A stretch of DNA of 64,000 nucleotides from NCBI GenBank assembly GCA_964187785.1, contig OZ076409.1, positions 93,126,001 through 93,190,000 on the forward strand, given 5' to 3'. The stretch is from Amphiscolops sp. MND2022 (lineage: Eukaryota). The notes under the pieces are model-generated. The model did not search any database. It had not been told where the DNA came from and was given only the letters and a program-made list of their open reading frames with translations. The position numbers and the translations under genes are program-made. Position 1 is the first letter of the stretch, and each line of letters opens with the position of its first letter. Below are positions 36,101 through 48,100 of this stretch, in pieces.

Positions 36101-36300
36101 NNNNNNNNNNNNNNNNNNNNNNNNNNNNNNNNNNNNNNNNNNNNNNNNNNNNNNNNNNNNNNNNNNNNNNNNNNNNNNNNNNNNNNNNNNNNNNNNNNNN
36201 NNNNNNNNNNNNNNNNNNNNNNNNNNNNNNNNNNNNNNNNNNNNNNNNNNNNNNNNNNNNNNNNNNNNNNNNNNNNNNNNNNNNNNNNNNNNNNNNNNNN
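36101..36300. other. Assembly gap of exactly 200 N at the symmetry centre
   Basis: Run of N. The round length suggests a scaffolding join of unknown true size. Confidence 0.99.
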
Positions 36301-37921
36301 CGGTTGCCCTCAGGGTCTATTATGGTTCATATGGGTAATACTCCAGGTGGTGGGTTAGGTGCGCTGTTTCCTGCCGGTATTTGGTAGAAAACACCTTCAC
36401 AGGCGGCAGCCTGCGACAGGTCCTTTCTTGCCGCTTTATTATGCCGAAAATGTTGCAACTTATTGTTTTTTTGATGTGTTAGTTCGTAAGCTACAATTTC
36501 TTGTTTTATTCTTGTACCTACCTGCAAAAGAGTATAACTTTTCTCGTTATCATCGGGCTATTTTTTCAAATAAAACATCAATACAATCAATTTGGTTCCT
36601 CTCGGCGTAATTTCAAACTGTTCATCAAGTACATTTTATGACTGGGTTTTTTGGTCTACGAATAAACATCAGAACCGTGTTCCATTTATGTTCAGTTAAA
36701 CCAAGTACAAGTGTTTCTGGATTTTTTTTTACAAAAATCACGTTTCTAGAGGTTACTTTTCACGTACAGTTGGTTTTTCAGAGTCGATTAAGGAAAACCT
36801 GACTGAGATTGGTTTTTAATCCTAAATATGGACGGAAAGTAATTAAACGTCATTTTGCCCAATATCCGGAAAACGCTTTGAAGTTCAATAATTTCTTCGG
36901 AAAGATGGGAGTTAAATTTTTGGTAAGTGTTTTAGCTTTTTGTTTCCCGCATTCTAAAACAAATCTAATATCACTTGGCCAAGCAGCAGCTTGCTGTTTA
37001 ATCCTTTTCTTGACAAATTAAGTGGAAATTCAATTTTCAGAAGTGCTATTCCGGGTGCCACTTCATAATTACGCTTTTTGTTCTTAAAGTATGTCCTTTT
37101 GTACGATTTTATTTGGATTCGCCGTAGAGGTCACCCCTTTTGAGACATGCTCAAATCACGCATTCTGAAACTGTGTGGAACGTCAATATGTTCAAATTGT
37201 TTCAGACGTCCTTTGCGCCACAAGTTTGGTTTAACACAAAATGTTTGAAAGAGCGGTAAAATTGATGATGGTCTCAGCTGCTTTCAAAATTAGAACGGCG
37301 TCTTTATGAAACCTGCAAAACGTCGCGGCGCAGAATTGCCGCCAAATTTAGGATGCAGTTTATAGGCAGCTTGATAAAATTAAATCGAATCAGTGAAGAT
37401 TTAATGCATGGACATTTCTTTGAGAACTTTATAAAATCATGGAAAATTAGCTTGGTAACCTACAAAAACATGTAAAAAGTTCAAGGAGTTCCAACCAGGG
37501 GTGTATGTTTTATATTGAACACTTCTCTTGATTGCTTACACTCATTTGAAATTACTTGAACATTTTGAACACTCCTTAGAATTGCCAAGAACTTTGATTA
37601 TGACTTTCTAAAACTCTCACGGAAACTTCTATGCGAACATATTTTCAAAGAAATTGAGGTCAACGCAACAAATCAATTCAGAATACATATGAATAAATGA
37701 ATACCTCCTAATAGCAAGAGGTTCACTTTAATGGCGACCAGGAAAAGCTTTCAATTAGATAATTTTCGAACTTCTCCAGTCCAATGTTTACTTGAACTTA
37801 CAAAAGAATTTACTAGAATTTTTGCGCAAAGTGTTTTTCCACGCCTCTTTGAATTGAGATATTTTATCAAGATCTTGAAACTTTCTTGTGTAGTTTTGCA
37901 CAGATCTGGCCATAGTATGTA

Positions 37922-38697
37922 CCCGTACTGAGATCCCATCGCAGTTCATCGATGGCCATCGCAGTCCCTTGGGCCCATCGATGGCCATCAATGGTCCATC
38001 GATGGGCATCGATGAGGTTTTTCTAACGTTGATCCCATCGATGGAAATCGAAATTTTCCATCACAAAAATTCGTTCGACTTGGCTATGTTCAAAATTTTA
38101 ACAAAACTCTGGCCATTTAAGTTTTTCATTCAGTCTATTTAAACTTTGTTTGGGATTTCGAGGATGCCCAAATATTTTATTTGGAAATGAAGTTATACAT
38201 AGTCATCCATATTATTTATCTTTGTGAAAAAACGGATTCTGTTGATTTTCCAAGGAAAAAACACCAAATCTTTTAATACAAAAACGTATTTTAAGAGTCA
38301 AATTTCTGCATATCTCAGATATTTTTTTCTTACAAGCAGATGGTTTTCTCAGCAATGGAAGCTTGATTCCGTCGCATTTTCATGCGAACAATTGCAATTT
38401 TGCCAGGTTTTTCAACTTTTTCAAACAATTCAAGGACAAGGCTCCGATATAAGTGATTTTCAGGCTCGAGAAAGCTTGCTCAGGCTCAAAAGGAAATGGG
38501 AGTAGGTTAAAATTAGATAGATTTAACCCGAAAATGCTCCACAAGTGCCCCCATGAGATGGGCGATAATTCAAATCCCATCGATGGTCCATCGATACCCA
38601 TCGGAAAAAGTTGCGATGGCCATCGATGGGCCATCGATGGCTTATCGATGGACCATCGATGGCCCATCGATGGGATTGAATGGAGTCTCAGTACGGG
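37922..38697. mobile_element. Mirror copy of the CCATCGATGG element without the internal duplication
   Basis: Same TIRs and TA flanks; 776 bp versus 945 bp. Confidence 0.8.
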
Positions 38698-40659
38698 TAT
38701 TGTGATATGGTGAGATATGATCAAAACAGGCATATTTCCAAGAATTACCATTTTACAAGAATAAGAGTACGAACTAAAAAATTACAACTAAAAATTAGAG
38801 TTGGAGGTCCGAATATGGAATTAGTTCGCTTAAAAACATATTCTTTTGTTTCCGCAAAATAGACAGTTCCAGAAAAAAACTAATACCCAGTTCGAGAAAA
38901 AAGGGACCAAAAACGTTGAAAAAGCCGTAAATTTTTTCAAGGAAAGCTTAAAAAAACAAGGAAAGTTCTTATTCTGGGCTAGAAGTTCTCTACTAAACGC
39001 TAAGTCGAATACAACAGGGAAATATTTTCGCATGAAAGCTTCCGTAAGAGTTTTAGAAAATCATAATAAAAGTTGCTGGCACAAGAGCATGCGAAAAGTT
39101 CAAGCAATCGCAACAATGGCAGTGCGGCATCAAATACTAGATATCACACGTGACAGGATTCGCAGCAAGAAAGAATGTGGTATTCGTGCAACCGTGACCA
39201 AAATGCTTGCAAGACGTGCTTGGCAATCTTTGTCCCTAAGTGCAAGAATGATGGTGATAGAAAGTTTTACTACCTCAATGGAAACACGTTTCTTGTTGTC
39301 TATTTTGAACTATAAAAGCAGTTAAAGCGAAATCAATTTTCAGCACCCAAACTTCTTATAACTTGAACAAGACGCCCGCTAAGCACCGGGATATTTTCCT
39401 CCCTTTTCGCCTTCATCACTTGAGCCATAGCTATTTTGGGTGGGGAATAGGATCTAAATAATAAGATCTAAAATTTAGTGATTTTAGATCTTATTCCCTT
39501 TAGATCTTAACCCCATTTTTACTTTAGATATTATTCCCATCTCAGTATGAAGGATGAAGGCTGAGCAGGGAGACTGAGTAAGTGGAGTGGAGTTGTAGAA
39601 AGTGGAGTTTTAGCAGAATTTGGAAAAAAACGCAGCACAGATGATGATTTTCCTCCCCCATTGAAAATGTGGGTCGGAAAATAAAAAAATATAATTTTGT
39701 TCACTGAGTCTTGCCTAGAGGTTCTGTATTGCCGACTTGGCTTTTTGGGGGCATATCGAACCTTGGTAACATTTCAGGAATAAGATAGCGGTTATTTTAT
39801 CAGCCAATCAAGAATATTTGTATGCTTTGTCTTTTCGTTTGTCCAATAATTAGGTCAATTTGTATCTTTTGATCATTCTGACAGGCTAATTCAAAACAAA
39901 GAAAGCTATCTTTTTGAAATCTGAAGAAGCTACAGCCTTCTTCAATGTCAATACAGTCAGTTGTAGTAATTTGAATTGGCCTAACTTCTATTCATTTATT
40001 TGAAAAACTGACAGCTTGTAAAATTTGAGGTTTCTTCATGAAACAATAAACGAACAAATTATGTAGACATTGTAGGCTGTCGATTTTGATTTCGAAAAAC
40101 CAAGAAAAGTTGTTTACCTTAGATTACGCGCAGTATATGACATAATTAAGTCACAATTCAAGAACAAATGGTCAATGTTATTATAATAACATCAACAAAT
40201 GTCGATCATTTATGAAACCTTGTTTATCAACATTCCATCAAAATTCAAAGATTTTAATCATTTCAGTGTGTAAATTTCCGTTTCCTGGTTGAGGAAAGGG
40301 CTTTTTGAACCATTTGACATTCGACAATAATTTTTCACGTATGAAAGTTGTTTTGGCGTTGCGGCGAAATATGAAATGAATTGCAGTAACACGACGAGGG
40401 GGATAATTTTCATAGTCCTGCTTTCTTGCTGAGCTAGGTACAAAACTTATAACGTTTGAGGGTTTTGTGTCAACTTTTGCCGTATGCTTGTTTTTCGGAA
40501 AAAACTGAAAATATAACTCAGTTTCTCCAGGACACCTGAAAAAATAGCAGATTGACACTAAAATAATTCGTGTTATATTTGTTATAATTTTTTTTCAAAC
40601 CGGTCAATCTTTAGATTGCTCGAGCAATCTAAAGATTGACTGGTTTGAAAAAAAAAGTA

Positions 40660-41219
40660 TAACAGAGATTCCTTATTCTTTACCAAAGATGCAACACTCT
40701 AGTCTCAGAGGTTTCTTAGTTTGTGAAAAGATATAAATCCAAGTGGATCCACTTGGATTCATATCTATTCACAACCCTGGTTGAAAAAAATGCGTTCCTT
40801 GCAAGGATCTTGCAAGATTTTCTTTCAAGGTCTTGCAAGATAAGGCATTAATGCATTATCTTGCAAGACCTTGAAAGAAAATCTTGCAAGATCCTTTCTT
40901 AGTTTTGCTTCCTTGCAAGATTCTTGCAAGATGTCTTGCAGAAAAATTTTGCAAAGAATCTTGCAAGGAAGCAAAACTAAGAAAGGATCTTGCAAGATTT
41001 TCTTTCAAGGTCTTGCAAGATAATGCATTAATGCCTTATCTTGCAAGACCTTGAAAGAAAATCTTGCAAGATCCTTGCAAGGAACGCATTTTTTTCAACC
41101 AGGGTTGTGAATAGATATGAATCCAAGTGGATCCACTTGGATTTATATCTTTTCACAAACTAAGAAACCTCTCAGACTAGAGGGTTGCATCTTTGGCAAA
41201 GAATAAGGAATCTCTGTTA
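40660..41219. repeat. 560-bp near-perfect palindrome containing a CCC-terminal element rich in CTTGCAAG
   Basis: taacagagattccttattc ... gaataaggaatctctgtta; inner CCCTGGTTGAAAAAAATGCG ... CGCATTTTTTTCAACCAGGG (~40775-41104). Confidence 0.9.
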
Positions 41220-44200
41220 CCTTCGGATCCGGACATACCACGAAGCCGAATCTACTGCTGTCGTTACAACCCGGATACAAACTAATTACGTGTTTATTCA
41301 ATGACGGAGAAAAAAATGAATGATACTTCTCAAGCAAAGTTTTTCATTTTCGCAGACAAATGGCGTCATTCTCATGGATACGTTTTTGGTAAATTGCCAG
41401 GCGAGCACTGACGTTACTAGATGGACTTTAGAACGAATTAAAGAGTAGTCCTATGCTTTGTTTCTGCTTTATAAGACAAACAGATTTACTTCCGCCATTC
41501 ACTGTTGAAGCCCAGTTGTTGTTGAAGGACATTTGGAGACAAAGTGGACCATACTGGGACTAGGAATAGCTGATAGAAACAGAAACAAAGGTCGAGGAAT
41601 GGCGTGAGGAGCTACCAATTTAATTTAATTATAAATATCTCGGAGCTGCTTCGAGGGAGGAGCTCTTGATGCAAAAGAGCTTCGCATGTTTGGTGACACC
41701 CCATATGGTGTTCTCTGTACTTGTATTCAAATCGCTGAAACAATTACTTTTTATCCTCATTTTGGGTCTCAAGGCCAATGCAAATGAACTCAGAAATTTC
41801 ACCTTCGTTGCTAAAAAAACATATGATTCTACTTACCAGACGCCATTCCTTCAATAGTTTTTTTCCTCAACACCTTAATAAATCAACTCAGTTGGGCGGG
41901 GCATTTATGGGCGCTTCTGCTTGTCTCATCAATGAGAACATTTGTTCTGACTAGTGTAGGGTGCCAAAAAATCTATCTCTGACCTTCTGTAGAATAATGC
42001 CTGACCTTTGACGAGAAAGACGATATTAAAAACCTATTTTTCGTCGACCATTGGTGTTGATTACTATGGATTTTTTTGAATTTTCGTCACCTTGCGACAA
42101 AAAACTAACAAATTCCGAGCTGAGATTGTGCGGTAAATTGTTCGGATTATCTTTATGGAGCGGAATCAACTGAAGCTTGCGTCAAAAATTGATTTCAAGT
42201 TTGAGAAACCTAGTGTTCTTTAGTGAAGGTAAGGAGTGTGTGGCAAGAAGTTTCAAATTTCATCCACCCGTACAATCTATTCCCGATGCTAAAAATTGAT
42301 ATGCTTTAGCAAACCTCTCTATGTAAAAATCTCCGGCTATCGCAATGCTATTTCATGAACTGCGCCCGAACGCAAGATTGCTCTAAAGCAATCTTGAAGC
42401 AGTTGCTGCGTGATATTGGGTTATTTTGCTGTCATTTGAAACAAAATGTCATTCAATGAGAATCTTCTGTTATGCCATTGTTACAATTTTCTCAGAGACG
42501 AAAAATGACTTTTGGAAAATTGTGTTTTGACAAAAACAACGTTATAATGAAATGGAATGCATTCAAAGAAAACTGAAGGGCCATTTTACCCATATTTTTT
42601 TCACATATTTGAGTTTTTTTACACTATATTGATGCCCATATTTCGATCATTAAAAACGTACAAATCCGCTCCCTGGATCGAACACAAAAAGCACGTTTCG
42701 CAGTTAGGATGACAAGAAAGGTGGTTTCTTTAGCTTCTCTTCTTTTAATCCTCATGTTGAGAATTTCTTTCCAAAACGGAAGCGGAAACTGAAATCAAAC
42801 TTGTTCAGAACTTTTCACGATTCAATAAAAACAATTGCCATTTTCAAGACTGCTGTTTTTGAAAGACTGTTCGCTGTTTGTCTGATTCATTTTAAAATAG
42901 TGTTTTTGCCCTTAATTCAAGTTCGCATTTCAGTTTCGTGACATGCGGTTGATTTTTTTGAAGTATTAATTTGTCCTCCTAGATGGAACAACAGTGCAGT
43001 GCAGTCATTTGAGTGAAAAAATCTCATAATCAAGCTGATCAAAGATTGACGTCATCAAGATAGAGGAAAGGTGGGTGAAACTTAAGTTGTTGTACAACTA
43101 AGTCTAAACATCACCAAACAAGCCGGGACCGGCCCAAGTCGGAACCCTGCTCAAGTTTTTGAGATATTCAAAGGATTCTACTCCCAAATTTTTACCAATT
43201 TCTCAGTGCCGAAAAATACCTCAAGGGATACACATATTTATTTTGTTCAATTTTTTTTCTGAAATAGAGCCTAACAAAAAGCTGAAAAAAGTCTTTTCCA
43301 GTATCATTAATAAACCTCATCAGTTCCACAGGATCGAAGGGTAACAAAAAAGTCACCCTCAAGACTCGGGAAACATGTTTCCTTCACATTTACAATTTTT
43401 CTTATTTCAGTAAGTAGCAAAATGCCGAAAAAAACTAAAAATGTTCATCTATGCGCGCAAAACGGTTTGTTGCTGCTGAAAACCGAGGGAGGAAGTTTGG
43501 GTTTGAAAAAAATCTGAAACCAGTCGCATGGTGCCGAAAAAATTCCAAAGGCGGGACCCCTTTGGTCTCCCCCTACTTTTGCAAACATAAATTTTTTGGT
43601 TCAGTGCGAGACTCGAACCCACCACCCCTGCTTCTTACGCCGAGGAAAATCCGTGTTAACCGCTAGGCCAAGTGCCAGTGACTAAAATTGTCAAAATTGC
43701 AGAACTTTTGCTTAAAATATTTTGACTAATGCAGGCGTATCGAAAAAAAATCTGACAAGAAGCCATGACTATCGTCGCTTTTTTTTCTGAAGAAAAGCGC
43801 CGACTAAAAATCGAATTAGGGTAGAGGTTTCTCTTCACTACGAATGTATTCTCGTTATAATTTTGATACCATGTTCAGACTTCCCCGAAGAACGTTCCCG
43901 TGAAAATAACGCAAACCCAGTTTGGACTGTGTTATCTTTTCGCGCATCGTAGACATCTTGTGATGCACTTTCCACCTCATCACGTGAAATAGAATTTCAA
44001 TGAAAAGAAGTATAGAGCCGGAATACCATCAACTGATATTGGTAATTTGAGTCAAGATAACTATGCTTCAATTCACTGAATAGTAGCCTTTGTTCAATCA
44101 CTTGAAAATAATGACTGTCGATTTTTTGGGAAGTTGCGAGTGCATACTTGAATTTGAACCTTAGAAAAAAGTTGAGTTGAAAATAATGAAATCTAATTCA

Positions 44201-45132
44201 TGTGATTTCATTTTACAATCCAGTACGTTTATTTTGTTCTGTGATTTCAGATCGTATACCAGTGGTTTAAAAAGTGATTTTTAAACTTTTTTCGGCAGAT
44301 TTTAGTTTTCTTAACCCTACCTAAATTACCGGAGTGAATAAGAAAGCCATCAACAGTTAACATTGGTACACAAATGCGGTGTCACAAAAATGAAAGACAA
44401 CGTATAATTAACTCTCCTGGCTGTTTGAACGTTTAAAAATGTTTGGACAATCATTAACTGTGTTTTTTTTTCAGTTTTTGAATCTTTTTGCCGACCATGT
44501 TGCTAATCAACCCCCCGCCGAAGAAACAAGTTCAAATACATTATGCCGACATCGTTACCCTTGTTGAAACTTCTTGAACTTTTTGCATGTACTTTAATGT
44601 TGCCAGCAACTTTTATTATGATTTTCTAAAACTCTTACGGAAACTTTAATGAGGAAATATTTACCTGTTGTATTCGACTTTTATCAAGCTGCTTGAAAGA
44701 TGCATCAAAGTTTTGGCGGCAATTTTACGCCTTGAAGTTTTGCAGGTTTCATTAAGAAGCAGTTCTAATTTTAAAAGCAAATAAATTGCTCTCAGTTTAA
44801 CAGCCATTTTAATGCAAAATTACTTCACCTAATAAACTGCAATATACCGTCATGTTTAGCGTCCTATTTGAGACGCGGTGATCACATCAGATGAGTAGTT
44901 GAGAAAGCAAATTGTAAATACAATAAGGTCGTGTCGGTGATGATGTTGTATCTATTTTCAAATTTAATTGCAGTGGTGGAAAATGCAGGGTAATTCTACA
45001 AGATTTACCACCTGAATTACCCTGAATTTTCTAGGTTTTATAAACAATTACCCTGCATGCAGGCCTGCAGCATGTAAAAAGTTCCTGCAGTCTCAACTAG
45101 GGTAGCGTTGAAATGTGGTCCAATGATATGAT

Positions 45133-48100
45133 TGTTGTAATCTCGGTCTATCACGGTAAAAAGGTTCTTTATCTAAGACGATAAATTCGTATCTTCTTTA
45201 GCAACTAATCTATAGTATCAATCTCAAGTACAATGGTCAATACTCTATTGTACAACACAAAGTGTAGTAAACTCAAATTGACAGTAATTAGAGTTTTATG
45301 TTTAACAACAATAGTAAGCTCTCTGTCTAGGTTCATAGTTTTGAAGGTCATGATATCTGCATGATATCACATTCCCCCCTCTTCGGGGTTGTCCGATGGG
45401 GGTTTGTTGTAGTGGCCGTATGGTACGGATTTCTTCATTGTTTTGCCGCATTGGACGGTCATTCTTCGTCTCATTTCTCTCCGCTGTTTCCGCTGTTGTT
45501 TCCTTGTTCCGGTGTCAGATTAGTTTCCTTCGGGTGGAGCTGAAGTTCATCTTCGATGTTGACTCGTATCGGTTTTCCTTCCGCTTTATTGTAACATTCG
45601 AAGTCGTCGTCGTCAGATATGATACTCAGGTTTAAGTTGTCTGTGTTTTTGTTTGGTGAGGTAAATTGTCCCTTGTTGTTTCTGAGTATTTCCTTTCTTT
45701 TCGACCAGTCCTCGCTTCTTTCGTAGTTTGCGATGTTCTTCGGTGTTTCTTTCCTGCTATAGATGCAGGGTGCGCCGCTGGTGGTTGCATTGTCCAGTGT
45801 TTTGGAGCAGGTGGGTTGGTCTGCGGTGTTTTGGCGGGTGTTGATCTTCTTTGCCGGTGTTGTTGTTTGCTGAAATGGTAGCGGGTTGGATATTAATTTC
45901 CTGTGGATAACTTTATTTTTATCCGTTGTCACCGTGTGTCTTGTTCCAGATACAGCGGTTTGTACTTTATTTTTGAATTTACTTTCCATGGATCCTTTTT
46001 TGTGTTTTTTTCGTAAAATTTGAAAGGATATTCAAATTTACTTACCGCACTTGTCGGTTTTTTTGTTTGGGAGAATATCATCCCTCGCTTGTATCTTGGT
46101 TCGGCTATCTTTTTCTTTGACATTACCAGGTGATCCGTGATTTGTCCGGTTGAATTTCTGGTGATGTACACCGAGAGATCTTTGGAATCCACTGAAATAG
46201 AATTTTTTAGGTTAGACAGTTTGGTTCTTGGTGTCCGTCCGAAATGTAATTCAAACGGAGTTTTCTTCGTTTCTGAATGTATTGTAAATCTTAGGACGTA
46301 TAGTGCTCTTTTTACGCTTTCACGAAGATTTTGGTTGTCTTCTAAATTTGCCAGAGTTAGGTTCTTCAGCGATTGGATTGTGCGCTCGACCAATCCGGTG
46401 CAAGTATGTAGGTTTGCCGTACCGTATATGCGGTTGATATTATGCGTCTTGCAGTATTCTATGTATTCTTTGGAGATAAAGGCGCCGCCTTTGTCCGACT
46501 TTATTTGCTTCGGTACTCCGTATACATTTATGTATTCATCCAGAAATGAAATTACGGTTTCATGGTTCGTATTTTTGCATATTTTTGCTACGGGCCATCG
46601 GCTGTTTTTATCCACCGCAATTAGTATGAACGGATTACTTTGCAGTTTTTTATTGTTGAGATTTCCCGTAAAATCAATTTGTATTTCTTCGCCAGGTGTT
46701 TTTGGTGGTTCGATTTTCGATTTTTCGGTTTGGGGTATTTGGAATTTAAGATTCTTACCAGCGTTGAGGCAGGCTGAGCAGGTTTTTGATTTCTTTTCAA
46801 TATCTTCCCGCATGTTCGGCCACCAGAATATTGCTGCGTCGTTGTACATTTTGTTTATCCCGGGGTGTCCAAAATGTAGTGCATTGAGTGCTGCGTAGCG
46901 TAGTGATTTTGGAATTACGATGCAGTCATCGACCAATATAATGCCCCAACGGTATGTCAATTTCTTGGCTACAGTTTTGTAGTTCTGCGGAATTTGGTCC
47001 AATTTGTTGTCCTCGATGCAGCAGTTTAGTTCGATGAGATCAGGGTCAGCGGCCGTCTCCTTGATTATCGTTTCCAAGTCTAGCATGAAATCTAGTTCTG
47101 CCGATCTGACGTTATCTTCTTGTTGTCTGTTGCGCTTCGGTTTTTCTTCAACTACGCGGTTAATTCTCACGTAGTGTACGGCAATTTCTTCGATTGGCCC
47201 GTCTCTGTATTCTTGGACAGGTATTGCTGGGTAAGTTCCGGGTTCGTGGGTGGCTACTGCTTCCTCCGAGTTATTTGAGACGATGGATTCTGTGTCTCGG
47301 TTGGTTTCGTTTCCTGGGGCCGGTTCATTTCTCTCGGTTTGTTGTTGTTCGGTGTTTTGTCTCTGGGGGATGTCGTCCCCAAAGTTTTGAAAATATCCTC
47401 CGCCGATATGTTGCTCTCTGATCTTTTGTCTCAGTTGAATGTCAATTCGCTTTATTTCTCTTCTTTCATCTTCTTCCGGTCTTCTTGGTATGTAAATTTC
47501 TCGGCCCAAGTTCTTGTTGAAATGTGGTCTCATTACACCCGGTCTCGCCAATTGTACTCTTCTTCTCACGAGTTCCGTAGTTTTGGGTGATTTGTCTCTT
47601 GCATTGATAATGGCCATGATATCGTCATCTGCACCCCAATGGTGTCATAATTGTCCGTCTGTGCGGAAGAAGCGTGTATTGTTTTCATTGTTATTCATTT
47701 TTATACAGTCAGTATTGGATGAATGCTGTTGTATGCGGTAATTAGAATCATTATGGCTTTTGTTTGTTTGGTAGCGTCGCGTGTCAATTAGCGAGCGCGT
47801 ATCACGCATGTTTGCTTCGGCTGTCGTGGTTGCGTCTTCTGATTGGTCGAAAATCCGTCCTATTCGGGCGTTTACCGTTGCTAGTTGCGCGATGGCGTTA
47901 ATAACAAATTCTTCTTCGTAATTTTCTTCCGGTTCTGGATTTTCGGTGGGATTTCGGCTGATAAAATCCGTGAATTTGATTTCTTTGCCGGCAGTGTGTT
48001 TTAAGCAGATGTCGAAATGGTTCAATCTGTCTAGCCATCGTGTTAGTCGCGCACTATATTGTTTATTTGTCTTGTTTCTCTTCAGGAGGGGTTCTAGTGC

